From: Anaerolineae bacterium
Lineage (GTDB): Bacteria > Chloroflexota > Anaerolineae > S140-20
NCBI GenBank assembly: GCA_027021705.1
Contig: JALUTT010000108.1
Location: forward strand, 8,424-72,423
Length of the DNA: 64,000 nucleotides
Direction of reading: 5' to 3'
The translations under genes were made by a program, and so were the position numbers. The notes under the pieces were generated by a model that saw only the letters and a list, made by a program, of their open reading frames with translations, did not search any database and was not told where the DNA came from. Shown here in pieces: positions 1 through 10,510 of the stretch (position 1 is its first letter; each line of letters begins with the position of its first letter).

Positions 1-1542
1 ATGCTCCTCTACCTGGGTGCCAGCCGGATCATCGCCGGACGGCTGGGCTTTCCCCTCGATGACGCTTGGATCCACCAGACCTACGCCCGCAACCTGGCCG
101 TGTACGGCCAGTGGTCCTTCACACCCGGCCAGCCCAGCACCGGGTCCACGGCCCCGTTATGGACCCTGTTGCTCGCCCTCGGCTATCTCCTGGGCATCCC
201 CTTCCGCCTCTGGACCTATGGACTAGGCGCTCTGACACTGGTAGGGACAGCGCTTCTGGCAGCCCGGATGGGTCGCCACCTCTTCCCCGACTATCCACCG
301 GCCCCCTGGATAGCCGGCCTGTTCTGTGCTGTGGAATGGCACCTGGTCTGGGCCGCCGCTTCAGGGATGGAAACAGCCCTGTTCACCTTCTTCTCGCTGC
401 TGTTCTTGGAACGGGCCCTCGTCTGGACAACAGCACCGGGAAGGCGACAGCGGCGAGGGATGGGTAGTAGGCAACCACAGAGGCGGTCATCCAGTAGTCC
501 GCGAGGGCTGCCACTCCTGGGAGGGCTGCTGATCCTGATCCGACCGGAAGGGATCGGGCTGGTGACCCTCGTGGTTTTGCTGCTGGCCTGGACCCAGTGG
601 CGCCAACGCCGCCCTCTGGGCCGTCCTCTCCTGACGTTTGCCGCCATCTTGGTCTTGGTCCTTTCCCCCTATCTGCTCTTCAACCTGTGGGTGACGGGCC
701 GCCCCTGGCCCAACACCTTCTACGCCAAGCAGGCGGAGTACGCTGTGCTCTTCGCCCGCTTCTCCTTCCTCACCCGCCTGGTCCGGGTGGCGTTGGCCCC
801 CTGGACCGGAGCCCAGGTCCTCCTGGTTCCCGGCTTCCTCTACGCGCTCGCACGCCTGCTCCGCGCTGCCCTGCGCGGTGACCTCCGCGCCCAGAGGGGC
901 CTGCTCCCCCCCCTCTGGGCGGCCTCTCTCCTGCTCGTCTACGCCTGGCGGCTCCCCGTGACCTACCAGCACGGTCGCTATCAGATGCCCACCATCCCGA
1001 TCTTCCTGCTCTACGGCGTCGTGGGTACCTTCGCCCTCCTGCATCGGGGGGCCCCTGGGGGGAAGGAGAGCAAGCCGGGACGGCAGAGGCTCTCCTGGGT
1101 CCTGAAGCGCTCGTTGTTCCTCTCCCTCATCCTCCTCGCCTTGCTCTTCTGGGTGGTCGGTGCCTACCGCTATGGACAGGATGTAGCTTTTATCGAAGGG
1201 GAGATGGTCACGGTGGCCCAATGGCTCAACACCCACACCGCCCCCGAGGCCCGCATTGCCGTCCACGACATTGGGGCCATCGGGTACTTCACCCGTCGCC
1301 CCCTTCTGGACCTGGCCGGATTGATCACCCCCGAGGTCATCCCCTTCATCCGTGACGAAGCACGGCTGGCCGACTGGCTGGTGCAGCAGCAAGCCGATTA
1401 CCTGGTCACCTTCCCCTCCTGGTATCCCCAATTGGTCCGGGATCCCCGCTGGCGGCTGGTCTATCAGACGGAGACGGCGATCACCCGCCAGATGGGGGGC
1501 GACAATATGGCGGTTTACCAGGCCCTTCGTCCCGACGAATAA
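1..1542 (+). CDS. Multi-pass membrane protein, probable GT-C fold glycosyltransferase (5' end may lie before window)
   Basis: Many hydrophobic segments; 'PLDDAWIH' acidic loop after first TM, 'SGMET', 'RPEG', 'PNTFYAK', 'GRY' motifs and soluble C-terminal 'DIGAIGY...LDLAGL' typical of GT-C/ArnT-like proteins. Confidence 0.6.
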   Translation: MLLYLGASRIIAGRLGFPLDDAWIHQTYARNLAVYGQWSFTPGQPSTGSTAPLWTLLLALGYLLGIPFRLWTYGLGALTLVGTALLAARMGRHLFPDYPPAPWIAGLFCAVEWHLVWAAASGMETALFTFFSLLFLERALVWTTAPGRRQRRGMGSRQPQRRSSSSPRGLPLLGGLLILIRPEGIGLVTLVVLLLAWTQWRQRRPLGRPLLTFAAILVLVLSPYLLFNLWVTGRPWPNTFYAKQAEYAVLFARFSFLTRLVRVALAPWTGAQVLLVPGFLYALARLLRAALRGDLRAQRGLLPPLWAASLLLVYAWRLPVTYQHGRYQMPTIPIFLLYGVVGTFALLHRGAPGGKESKPGRQRLSWVLKRSLFLSLILLALLFWVVGAYRYGQDVAFIEGEMVTVAQWLNTHTAPEARIAVHDIGAIGYFTRRPLLDLAGLITPEVIPFIRDEARLADWLVQQQADYLVTFPSWYPQLVRDPRWRLVYQTETAITRQMGGDNMAVYQALRPDE

Positions 1543-1548
1543 CCGCTT

Positions 1549-1611
1549 TTTACCAATTTCTAACCTTTTCCTAACCTTTCCTCATACACTTCTCGGTTAA
1601 CATGGTATCCT
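1549..1611 (+). promoter_or_regulatory. 11-bp phased YTAAC direct repeats plus extended -10
   Basis: tttac(1549), ctaac(1560), ctaac(1571) at 11-bp spacing, then TGgTATCCT at 1603-1611. Confidence 0.55.
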
Positions 1612-1794
1612 GTATAGTGCCGACCATGCCGGGAAGAGGTCGTAACACCTTCCAGGCTCCAACGTTACACATACTGGAGCGTCTTCGGTCAGCCTACCGC
1701 TGCCTTCAATCCTCCCAGACCGCTGACAAGGGGCTCACAGTCCTATCATTCCCGTGCGTTGGCGCTCAAGATGACCAGGGCATAGGCAGCGCTG

Positions 1795-3648
1795 ATGGCC
1801 ACCAAGAGGGCCAGGAAAATCCAGACCATCGCCGCTCTACTCAGCTTTCTCCTCCCGCTGCTCTTGCTGCCATTTCTCTTTCGCATCCGCGATACCAGTT
1901 GGCGCACCAGCGGGCTGTCTGGCGTCCCGGTAGTGAACCTGGTTGCTGGACAGACCCAGGACCGGGTGATCTTCTACGCTGCCAGCATCGGGGGGATCTA
2001 CCGCAACGCCAGTGGGGAGTTGGTGTGGGAACCGGCGAACACGGGGTTGCCCCTGAATCCGCTGAAGGGGCTGACCATCTCCGCCTTGGCCGTGGACCCC
2101 CACGATCCCCTGCGTGCCTATATCGCCGTCTCCTTGGCCCAGGGGAAGAGCGCCCTCTACCAGACGGCCGACGGTGGGGAATCCTGGTCCCGCCTGCCTT
2201 GGACCCCAGGGGAAGGCACGACGCGAGCGATCGCCATCTTCCCCGGCGATGGACGCACCCTCTACATCCTCCACGAGCGAAGCGTCTTCCGCAGTAACGA
2301 CGCCGGCCTCACCTGGCGCTTTGCCAGCTTCATCCCCGAAGGGGTTGAAGCCCGTCATCTGCTCGTCTCCTACCAGAACGCCGACCTCCTCTATCTGGCC
2401 TCTGCCAACGCCGGTGTTCTGCGCTCCACTGACGGGGCACAGTCTTGGCAAGCCATCAACGATGGGCTCCAGGATAGCGAGATCGTGCAGGTCGCCATCA
2501 GTCCCCTGAACCCCCAACGCCTCTACGTGGTCACCAAACGAGAGGTCTACCGCTCCGACGACGGCGGAGCGAGTTGGATCCCTATCGGACAGCCTTCGGA
2601 GACGGCGGAGCTCACGACGATCGCCCTGGACCCTGAGCGTCCCGGCATCGTCTACCTAGGCACCTCTGACGGGCGGGTCCTGGTCACGACGAACGCCGGG
2701 CGGAGTTGGGTGGATATGGGGGGGACGCCCAACCGGGAGCCCATCTACGCCATCGCCCTGGCCCCCCGAGCCCAGGCCTCAGTGCACGTGGCAACGGCCG
2801 ACGGCATCTGGAAGTACACGCTCTCCCTGCCGCCAGAGGCCACGCCGGCTCCACCGGCCATCGTCGCAGCGCCTACCGCAACGGCCACCGCGACGGCTAC
2901 GGCCACGATGACGCCCCGCCCCACGGCCACGCAGACGCGAAGGGGAACTCCAGCTCCTTCAGCGACGCCGTTCCCAACGGCGACTCCTACCTCAACGCCA
3001 ACCCCCACCCCCACGCCCACACCGCTGCCGCCGCCGCCTACGGCCACACCGACACCGTCGCCCACCGCCACGGCGGTTCCGACGCCGTTGCCACCGCCAC
3101 CCACAGCGACGCCGGTGCCTTCGCCGACCCCCACGCCTCGCCCGACGGTGGGGCCGACCGAGCCACCGTCGCCGACTCCCACCTTTACCAGCACGCCGTC
3201 ACCGACCTGGACGCCTACGGTGACGCCGGGTGGACCTCGGCCAACGCCGCCTTCCTTCCCGACGGCCACCTTCACGCCGACGCCAACCCCCACCGCTACA
3301 CCGTCCCTGACGCCCACGCCGTCGCCGTCGCCGACGGCGACCCCCACGCCGACGGCGACCCCAACGCCCACGCCGACCCTAACGGCGACCCCCACGGCGA
3401 CGTTGACAGCGACGGCAACGCCGACGCTCACGCCAACGCTTACCCTGACGCCGACCTTGACCTTGACGCCAACGCCGACCCTGACCCAGACCGTGGGGCC
3501 TTCTCCCACGCCGACACCAACGCCGACGCCCACACCGACATCCACCCTGGCGGCGAATACGAATCCTCCCCCAGACCCTAACCCTACGCCGACGCCGACG
3601 CCATCCTCTACGCCCCAGGCGTCCCGGCCGGTATGGCGACGAGCCTAA
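1795..3648 (+). CDS. Membrane-anchored/secreted BNR (Asp-box) beta-propeller protein with ~270-aa Pro/Thr-rich tail
   Basis: N-terminal hydrophobic helix; repeated S/T-x-D-x-G-x-S/T-W boxes ([32 protein letters not shown]); C-terminal TPTPT low-complexity region. Confidence 0.8.
   Translation: MATKRARKIQTIAALLSFLLPLLLLPFLFRIRDTSWRTSGLSGVPVVNLVAGQTQDRVIFYAASIGGIYRNASGELVWEPANTGLPLNPLKGLTISALAVDPHDPLRAYIAVSLAQGKSALYQTADGGESWSRLPWTPGEGTTRAIAIFPGDGRTLYILHERSVFRSNDAGLTWRFASFIPEGVEARHLLVSYQNADLLYLASANAGVLRSTDGAQSWQAINDGLQDSEIVQVAISPLNPQRLYVVTKREVYRSDDGGASWIPIGQPSETAELTTIALDPERPGIVYLGTSDGRVLVTTNAGRSWVDMGGTPNREPIYAIALAPRAQASVHVATADGIWKYTLSLPPEATPAPPAIVAAPTATATATATATMTPRPTATQTRRGTPAPSATPFPTATPTSTPTPTPTPTPLPPPPTATPTPSPTATAVPTPLPPPPTATPVPSPTPTPRPTVGPTEPPSPTPTFTSTPSPTWTPTVTPGGPRPTPPSFPTATFTPTPTPTATPSLTPTPSPSPTATPTPTATPTPTPTLTATPTATLTATATPTLTPTLTLTPTLTLTPTPTLTQTVGPSPTPTPTPTPTPTSTLAANTNPPPDPNPTPTPTPSSTPQASRPVWRRA
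2840..3610 (+). repeat. Low-complexity Pro/Thr coding repeat (ACGCCG-type hexamers)
   Basis: Encodes (TP)n/(TA)n mucin-like stretch. Confidence 0.85.
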
Positions 3649-3661
3649 AGGGTAAAGCGCA

Positions 3662-5302
3662 TTGCGTGAGTCCGAGACCCGGGAACTTTTCCGAGAACTT
3701 CAGGCGATTGACTGGCCCGTCCGCTGGCTCCTGTGGGCGGGCGGCCTCTACATAGTCTGGGCGGCGCATCAGAGCTCCCTCCCTGTGGAAAGCTGGCCCG
3801 GCTTCCTCGTCTATGGCCTGCTGAACCTGGCCATCGTCCTGGCCTCCCGCCATTTCCAGACGCGCCCGGCCCCTCTGATCGCCATCGTCTACATCGGGTA
3901 CGTTGCCGATTTCCTCTTCGCCAGCCTGCTGATCTACTACACCGGTGGGATCAGCAGTCCGGTCTACCTCCTGTACGGTTTTCTTTCCATCAAGGCTGCG
4001 ATCTTCTACCCCTATACCCACCCCCTCATCTTCATCCCCATCTTCACCTTCCCCATTTATCTGGCCACCCTTTTCCTCCAGACGGGGACCCTCGTCTTCC
4101 TGACCGAGCAGCTCTTCCTGTGGCGCTACACGCTGCTCCTCCTGGTCATCTTGGCGGTGCTCTACACCGCCTGGCACCTGGACCACCGGCATCAACGCAT
4201 CCGCGCCTTGTACGAGGAGGTGGACCGGCAACGGCGCGAACTGGGAGCCATCCTGCGCAGCATTGGGGACGGGGTGATCGTGGTGGACCGGGAGATGCGC
4301 CTGCAGATGATCAACCCGGTTGCCGCTGCCGAGTGGGACCTAGAGGGCCTCCCTGTGGTGGGACGACCTCTGTCCCAACTCCTGGGGGATGTAACGTTGG
4401 AGGGTGTTCTGAGAGAAGCGATGGAGGTAGGAGAGCAGGGAGGCATCGCCGAGGCCCTGATCACCGTCCCCTCCCGCCAACGGGGCAAAGTGGTGACCTA
4501 CGAGGCGCTGGCCTCGGCCATCGTGCCCCGCCCCGGCGACCTCTGGGGGGCGGTCGTTGTGCTCCGCGACATCACCAAGCAGAAGGAAGCGGACCAACTG
4601 AAGTCCAACTTCCTCTCCGTCATCTCCCACGAGCTGCGGACGCCCTTGACCACCATACGAGGATACGTGGAGTACCTCCTGATGGAGGGAGCCGGCCCCC
4701 TCGACGGCTTTATGCGCCGGAGTCTGGAGACGGTCTTCCGTCAGACGGAGCACCTGCAGGGGATGATCAACGACCTGCTGGAGTTCGCCCAGATGGAGGC
4801 GGAGCAGGTAGGTCTCTTCCCGGAAGACGTCCCGCTCAACGAACTGATCACCGATGTGGTGGAGCGGATCAGCCCGCTGGCGAAGGAAGCCGATATGGAG
4901 CTGACCTGGGAGGTCCCTGCCGAGCCTCTGATCGTCCGGGCCGATGCGATACGCCTGCGCCAGGTGCTGGTCAATCTCCTGGACAACGCGCTGAAGTTCA
5001 CACCGGCCGGGGGCCAGATTCGCGTTCAGGTGGAGCGCCGTCCGATGGAAGTGCTCATCTCGGTGAACGATACCGGGCCGGGCATCCCGCCGGCCGAGCG
5101 GGAGCGCATCTTCGAGCGCTTCTACCAGATAGACAACTCCTCCACCCGTGCCCATTCGGGCACGGGCCTGGGGCTGGCCATCTGCCGCCAGATCGTCGAA
5201 CTTCACCACGGACGGATCTGGGTGGAGGAAGGAGACGGTGGCGTGGGCAGCCGCTTCTGCTTCACCATCCCCTGTGACCCGGTGTCACCATCGCCCGTTT
5301 GA
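3662..5302 (+). CDS. Membrane sensor histidine kinase (TM region, PAS, HisKA, HATPase)
   Basis: SHELRTPL H-box, NLLDNALKF N-box, DTGPGI G1, GTGLGL G2. Confidence 0.93.
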   Translation: MRESETRELFRELQAIDWPVRWLLWAGGLYIVWAAHQSSLPVESWPGFLVYGLLNLAIVLASRHFQTRPAPLIAIVYIGYVADFLFASLLIYYTGGISSPVYLLYGFLSIKAAIFYPYTHPLIFIPIFTFPIYLATLFLQTGTLVFLTEQLFLWRYTLLLLVILAVLYTAWHLDHRHQRIRALYEEVDRQRRELGAILRSIGDGVIVVDREMRLQMINPVAAAEWDLEGLPVVGRPLSQLLGDVTLEGVLREAMEVGEQGGIAEALITVPSRQRGKVVTYEALASAIVPRPGDLWGAVVVLRDITKQKEADQLKSNFLSVISHELRTPLTTIRGYVEYLLMEGAGPLDGFMRRSLETVFRQTEHLQGMINDLLEFAQMEAEQVGLFPEDVPLNELITDVVERISPLAKEADMELTWEVPAEPLIVRADAIRLRQVLVNLLDNALKFTPAGGQIRVQVERRPMEVLISVNDTGPGIPPAERERIFERFYQIDNSSTRAHSGTGLGLAICRQIVELHHGRIWVEEGDGGVGSRFCFTIPCDPVSPSPV

Positions 5303-5388
5303 TGGAGCCACCTCGGCCTGATCCAAGGGCTGTCCGGCTTGTACCCCTTGCCAGGCCAACGTGGGCGCAAAGCCCCTGCCGAAGCGCT

Positions 5389-8127
5389 TCAGGGCGTGGA
5401 CTTCCCTCCCCAATCCTGCTCGGGCAAAGATGCTTTCAACCGCTGCTGCCAACGGTTGAGGGCCACCAGCGCCTCCACCGGCGTCGTGTTGCCGATGTCC
5501 AGCGCCAGCATCTCCCGGACGACGGCCCAGACGGCTGCGTCGTCCGTCGGCACCAGCAACTCCCCCGCCTCCAGGTCGGTCAGGTAGATTGCCTCCTTCT
5601 CCCGGAGCGGTGCCGGCTGAACCGCCGCCGCCTTCCCGGCTTCCTGCTGCAACCTCACCCGCTCGCCCTGCAGCCGTTCCAGCACCTCTAGCGCCCGCTC
5701 GACCACCCGCTCCGGCAGCCCCGCCAGTCGCGCCACCTGGATGCCGAAGCTCCGGTCGGTCCCGCCCGGCACCAGCCGCCGCAGGAAGATCACCCGGTCC
5801 CCCTGTTCCCGGACGGCCAGGCTGTAGTTGCGGGCTCCCTCCAGGTGGTCCGCCAACTCCGTCAGTTCGTGGAAGTGGGTGGCGAAGAGGGTCCGCGCCC
5901 CGATCCGGTCGTGTAGCTCCTCGGCCACCGCCCAGGCCAGTCCCAGCCCGTCGTAGGTGCTCGTCCCCCGCCCCACCTCGTCCAGCACGACCAGGCTGCG
6001 GGCGGTGGCGTGGTGCAGGATGTAGCTGGTCTCGCTCATCTCCACCAGGAAGGTGGAGCGCCCTTGGGCGATGTCGTCGCTGGCCCCGGCCCGGACGAAG
6101 ATGCGGTCGGCCAGGCCGACGTGGGCCGAAGCGGCCGGCACAAAGCTCCCCATCTGGGCCATCAGGACGATGAGGGCCACCTGGCGGATGTAGACGCTCT
6201 TCCCCGCCATGTTCGGGCCGGTGATGATCAGCAGCCGGTTGGCCTCCCCGTCCAGGAGGGTGTCGTTGGGGACGAAGCGCTCCCCCTCCGGCAGCGTCCG
6301 CTCGACGACGGGGTGGCGGCCCTCCCGGACCTCGATCCGCGTCCCCCCGTCCACCGTGGGGCGGATGTAGCCGTAGCGGGCAGCAGCCTCGGCCAGGGAG
6401 GCCAGGGCGTCCAGTTCCGCCAGCCGACGGGCGACCTGGGTGAGCCGGTCGGCGTGGGCGGCCACCCGGCGGCGCACCTGGACGAAGAGGTCGTACTCCA
6501 GCTCCTTGGCCCGTTCCTCGGCGGCCAGGATCTCCGCCTCCCGCTCCTTCAGGGCCGGCGTGATGAAGCGCTCGGCGTGGGTGATGGTCGCCCGCCGCTC
6601 GTACTCGGGCGGCACCTTGCTCAGGTGGCTGCGGGTCACTTCGATGAAGAAACCGAAGACCTCGTTGTACTTGATCCGCAGGTTGGGGATGCCCGTTCGC
6701 TCCCGCTCCTGGGCCTCGTAGGCCGCCAGCCAGTCCCGCCCCTGGGCCGCCGTCCGGCGCAGGGCGTCCAGCTCGGGGTGATAGCCGGCCCGGATCAGCC
6801 CGCCCTCGCGGACGAGGATGGGCGGGTGCTCGACGATGGCCTGGGTGATGAGGCGGGAGACCTCGGGCAGCGGCTCCAGCCCCTCCAACAGCGCCCGGAG
6901 GTGGGGGGCGACCTGCCGGCCCTCCAGGAGCTTCTGCAGGCGGGGGATGCGGGCCAGGGCCCGGCGTAGAGCGACCAGGTCGCGGGCGTTGGCGTTGCCG
7001 AAGCCGATCCGCCCTACCAGCCGCTCCAGGTCGTGCAGCCCGTCCAGCAGCTCCCGCAGGTCGGCCCGCAGGAGGGGATCGTCCACCAGCGAGGCGACGG
7101 CCCCCTGCCGGGCCTCGATGGCCTCCAGGTCCAGGAGGGGCTGGTGGATCCAGCGGCGGAGGAGCCGCCCGCCCATCGCCGTCTTCGTGAAGTCCAGGAC
7201 GTGGAAGAGGCTCCCCTCGGTCCGGCCCTCCCGCAGCGTCTCGGTCAGCTCCAGGTTGCGGCGGGTGGTGGCGTCCAGGTGCATAAAGCGGGCGACGTCG
7301 TAGAAGCTGAGGCGGCGCAGGTGGGCCAGCTCGGAGAGTTGGTTCGCCTTCAGGTAGTGGAGGGTAGCGCCCGCGGCGGCCAGGGCCAGGGGGTGACCGT
7401 CCAAACCGTAGGCCTCCAGCGAGGCGACGCCGAAGTGATCCCGCAGCCGTTGGGCAGCCAGGTCCGGGTCGAAGTCGGCGGCGGGCAGGGAGGAGAGGCG
7501 GACGGGATGGGCCTCCTGGAGCCAAGGGGGGGAGGTCTCGGCTTCGGAGGCCGGCCCCTCCGAGGAAGCCCAGGGCTCCGGCAGGAGGAGCTCGCTGGGC
7601 CGGAGGCGGCCCAGCTCCTCGCGCAAGTGGGTGTCGGCCTCGGGACCGGTCATCTCGGTGGCGGTGAACTCACCGGTGGAGAGGTCCACGGCGGCCAGGC
7701 CATAGGCCCGCCCCCGGCGGGGGTCCTCCCGCAGGGCGATGGCGACCAGGTAGTTGGCCCCCTTCTCGGGCAGGAGCGTCTCCTCGACGACGGTGCCCGG
7801 GGTGATGACGCGGACGACCTCCCGGCGCACCAGCCGGCGCCCCTTGCCCGGCTTCTCCATCTGCTCGGCGATGACGACCTTGTACCCCTTCTCCAGGAGC
7901 CGGGCGACGGCGTTGGTCACGGAGCGGTAGGGGACGCCGCACATCGGGAGCCGGATCGTCTTGGAGAAGCGACGGCGGGTGAGGACCAGCCCCAGTTCGC
8001 GGGCAGCGATGCGGGCGTCTTCTTCGAAGAGCTCGTAGAAGTCGCCCAGGCGGAAGAGGAGCAGTGCGTCCGGGTAGCGGGCTTTCAGCGTCCGGTATTG
8101 GCGGAGCATCGGGGGTTGTTGGGTCAT
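5389..8127 (-). CDS. mutS: DNA mismatch repair protein MutS
   Basis: GDFYELF mismatch-binding motif, TGPNMAGKS Walker A, STFLVEM, DEVGRGT, FATHFHEL. Confidence 0.97.
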   Translation of the reverse strand: MTQQPPMLRQYRTLKARYPDALLLFRLGDFYELFEEDARIAARELGLVLTRRRFSKTIRLPMCGVPYRSVTNAVARLLEKGYKVVIAEQMEKPGKGRRLVRREVVRVITPGTVVEETLLPEKGANYLVAIALREDPRRGRAYGLAAVDLSTGEFTATEMTGPEADTHLREELGRLRPSELLLPEPWASSEGPASEAETSPPWLQEAHPVRLSSLPAADFDPDLAAQRLRDHFGVASLEAYGLDGHPLALAAAGATLHYLKANQLSELAHLRRLSFYDVARFMHLDATTRRNLELTETLREGRTEGSLFHVLDFTKTAMGGRLLRRWIHQPLLDLEAIEARQGAVASLVDDPLLRADLRELLDGLHDLERLVGRIGFGNANARDLVALRRALARIPRLQKLLEGRQVAPHLRALLEGLEPLPEVSRLITQAIVEHPPILVREGGLIRAGYHPELDALRRTAAQGRDWLAAYEAQERERTGIPNLRIKYNEVFGFFIEVTRSHLSKVPPEYERRATITHAERFITPALKEREAEILAAEERAKELEYDLFVQVRRRVAAHADRLTQVARRLAELDALASLAEAAARYGYIRPTVDGGTRIEVREGRHPVVERTLPEGERFVPNDTLLDGEANRLLIITGPNMAGKSVYIRQVALIVLMAQMGSFVPAASAHVGLADRIFVRAGASDDIAQGRSTFLVEMSETSYILHHATARSLVVLDEVGRGTSTYDGLGLAWAVAEELHDRIGARTLFATHFHELTELADHLEGARNYSLAVREQGDRVIFLRRLVPGGTDRSFGIQVARLAGLPERVVERALEVLERLQGERVRLQQEAGKAAAVQPAPLREKEAIYLTDLEAGELLVPTDDAAVWAVVREMLALDIGNTTPVEALVALNRWQQRLKASLPEQDWGGKSTP

Positions 8128-8152
8128 AGCACGCGATCACCGTGAACGGGAA

Positions 8153-8851
8153 TCACGGATGGAGCCAGAGGAGGGCGACGAGGAACAGGGCGAGGCCGAC
8201 GGCCAAGGCCAGCCCGTCCACCACCCGCAGCCGGTAGTCGTACAGGAAGGTGCGCCCCGGCCGGCCGAACCCCCGCGCCTCCATCGCCTCGGCCAGGTCG
8301 TCGGCCATCTGGAAGGCTTGTATGAGGAGGGGAGCCATCAGGGCCGGGTAGTGGCGCAGGGCAGCGAGGCCGGGCTCCAAGGGGATGCCCCGGGAGCGTT
8401 GGGCGTCGAAGATGTTCTGGGCCTTGCGGCCGAGGACGGGCACGAACTGGAGCGCGGCGCTGAGGACGAAGGCGACTTCGTAGGGGAGGCCGCTCTTGAC
8501 CAGCGCGTTGCCCAGGTCCTCCGGCGGCGTGGTGCGGAAGAAGAGGAAGAAGGTGGAGGTCAGGGCCGCCAGCCGCAGGCCGGCCATCACGGCAGTGGGC
8601 AGGTCGAAAGCGAGCAGGGCGATGAGGAACCAGGAGGCGGTCATCACCGCAACCAAGCGCAGCCAGCGCAGGTAGGCCCGTCCCTCCCCGGCGACCAGGA
8701 TAGCCAGGAGCAAGAGGCCCAGTTCCACCAGCAGCCCCTCCTGTCGGTGGGTGGCGACGATGAGCGTCCCGTAGAGGAGGGTCAAGATCAGGCGGGTGCG
8801 GGGGTCTATCCTCCGGCGCTTACCGAACATCGCCTGTTGGAGGGTAGCCAT
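8153..8851 (-). CDS. ecfT: ECF transporter transmembrane component T
   Basis: DPR at N-terminus, 'AQRSRG' and 'AMEARGF' coupling motifs. Confidence 0.88.
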   Translation of the reverse strand: MATLQQAMFGKRRRIDPRTRLILTLLYGTLIVATHRQEGLLVELGLLLLAILVAGEGRAYLRWLRLVAVMTASWFLIALLAFDLPTAVMAGLRLAALTSTFFLFFRTTPPEDLGNALVKSGLPYEVAFVLSAALQFVPVLGRKAQNIFDAQRSRGIPLEPGLAALRHYPALMAPLLIQAFQMADDLAEAMEARGFGRPGRTFLYDYRLRVVDGLALAVGLALFLVALLWLHP

Positions 8852-8869
8852 CTCTCCTCCCCCCCCTTC

Positions 8870-9988
8870 TCAGCCTTCCTCGTCGTCCTCCCCTTCCTCC
8901 CCGTCCTCCGGCTCCGGGCCCTCCTGGGCTTCCTCATCCACCGGCGGCAGGTGCTCCTTCAGTTGCTGCTGCCAGTACTCCCGGTCGTACACCGTCTCGT
9001 GGCGCAGCTCGTCCAGGTAGTCCGATAGCTGCCGTCTTTCCATGTCGAGCCGGAAGGCCAGGTCGGCAGCCCGGTAGCCGATCTGGGTCACCAGGCGCTC
9101 TATGGATGCTTTGTCCCCCAAGCCCTCCTCCAGGGCGTGCTGGATCGAGAACCGCACGCCCCGCCGGAACCCTTCCGCCGGCGTTGGCGCGTCCACGATC
9201 GCCTTCGCCTCCCTGTACAGCCGCAACCAGGTCTCGACCTCGGTCTCCGGGACCTCCAGAGCCTCGGCGATCTCCTCGTGGCTCCACTCCTCCTCGATGG
9301 CTTGTTCCAGGATCTCCACGCTCTCGGGCATCAACCACTCAAACCGGATGTTCCCGATGCCCAGGTGATCGGCGTAGTACTCGTAGCTGTAGCCGTACAG
9401 TTCGGCGGCCAGCATCTGCTCCCGGGTCAGCCGGGGCGCTTCGGATTCTTCCCAAAGCTCGGATGCCGGCAGACGGGCGACAAGTTCGTCTTCCCCCGGA
9501 GAGGTGGTCCGGTACAGCCACACGCTGCCCGCTTCCACTTCCTCACGCAGGTAGGCGATGATCGGTTCACGCATCGCCCGCCAGGGAATGGATTGCAGCC
9601 GTTCGAGCGCTTCGAAGAGGGGAACGAACTCGGCGTCCAAAATCAGGTGGTCAGGGTCCGCCGGCCTCAGGGAGCCCATCCACTCCTCGACTTCAAAGAC
9701 GAAGGTGAGGGAGCGATACCTCTCAAAGGGCTGATCGAGCTGAACGACGTAGGCCAGCCGTTTAGGTTCCTCGAACAGGAGGCCGGTCTCCTCGTAGACC
9801 TCACGGGCGAGGGCTTCGGTCAGCAGCTCCCATCCTTTGGCAAGACCACCGGGCAGCGCCCAGGAGACGGAGGAGGTCTCAGGATCCCGTTGACGGACCA
9901 GCAGCACCGAGGAGTCCTGCCGGATCACCGCTGCGACCACCAGATGTTGTGACCGCTGGAGTAGGTCTTCTGATCGTTGGGGCATCAT
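8870..9988 (-). CDS. NUDIX hydrolase fused to an uncharacterised acidic helical C-terminal domain
   Basis: Nudix box PGGLAKGWELLTEALAREVYEETGL; start reassigned to ATG at 9988 because the upstream ORF extension runs through repeat DNA. Confidence 0.8.
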   Translation of the reverse strand: MMPQRSEDLLQRSQHLVVAAVIRQDSSVLLVRQRDPETSSVSWALPGGLAKGWELLTEALAREVYEETGLLFEEPKRLAYVVQLDQPFERYRSLTFVFEVEEWMGSLRPADPDHLILDAEFVPLFEALERLQSIPWRAMREPIIAYLREEVEAGSVWLYRTTSPGEDELVARLPASELWEESEAPRLTREQMLAAELYGYSYEYYADHLGIGNIRFEWLMPESVEILEQAIEEEWSHEEIAEALEVPETEVETWLRLYREAKAIVDAPTPAEGFRRGVRFSIQHALEEGLGDKASIERLVTQIGYRAADLAFRLDMERRQLSDYLDELRHETVYDREYWQQQLKEHLPPVDEEAQEGPEPEDGEEGEDDEEG

Positions 9989-10035
9989 AGGCAAACTCAC
10001 TTTCTGGCTTTGCGGAGGATACAAGGCACGAAGAC

Positions 10036-10200
10036 CACAAAGGGCACCAAGATCACGAAGGCCACCAAGGAAGGGAAAGGGAAAACAGCCCTTTGTGCCC
10101 TTCGTGCTCGTCGTGTGCTTGGTGACCAGACCCAGCACCGCCTGTTCACGGCAGTCTGAGCCACAAAGGGCACCAAGGCCACGAAGACCACCAAGGGTGA
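10036..10200. repeat. Dispersed palindromic REP-like element, copy left of the S8 gene
   Basis: ~165 bp nearly identical (about 4 mismatches) to 15423-15587; internal cacaaagggc...gccctttgtg inverted repeat. Confidence 0.9.
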
Positions 10201-10470
10201 CCATCAGAATCACTGACGGTTCTGAGGGCGCTGAGAGAAGACGCTTCTTGGTGCCCTCTTCCCGGATGATGGTTAGGGCAATCGCCCCAATCATATCACG
10301 AAGGGGTGATTCTGACAAGATTGGGAGTTGGTTGGCATAGAACCTTTCAAGACTCGAACGGAAGCCTTCGCCCCCCACCCGGCCCGCCCAGGGCGGGCTA
10401 CCTTTCTCGCCTTCCCGTCGGCGGGAGCGGAGGAAGGGATGGGAAAGGGATGAAGGGAAGTCCATTCTCC

Positions 10471-10502
10471 CCCCACCGGTGGGCAACCACCCACCGGTGG
10501 GG
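10471..10502. repeat. Perfect 13-bp inverted repeat
   Basis: ccccaccggtggg-caacca-cccaccggtgggg; each arm contains the palindrome cccaccggtggg. Confidence 0.8.
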
Positions 10503-10510
10503 CCTCAAGT

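Noticed and set aside
9989..10486. N-terminal extension of the 538-aa NUDIX ORF
   Set aside because: Translates REP-like repeat DNA; ATG at 9988 directly precedes the NUDIX domain
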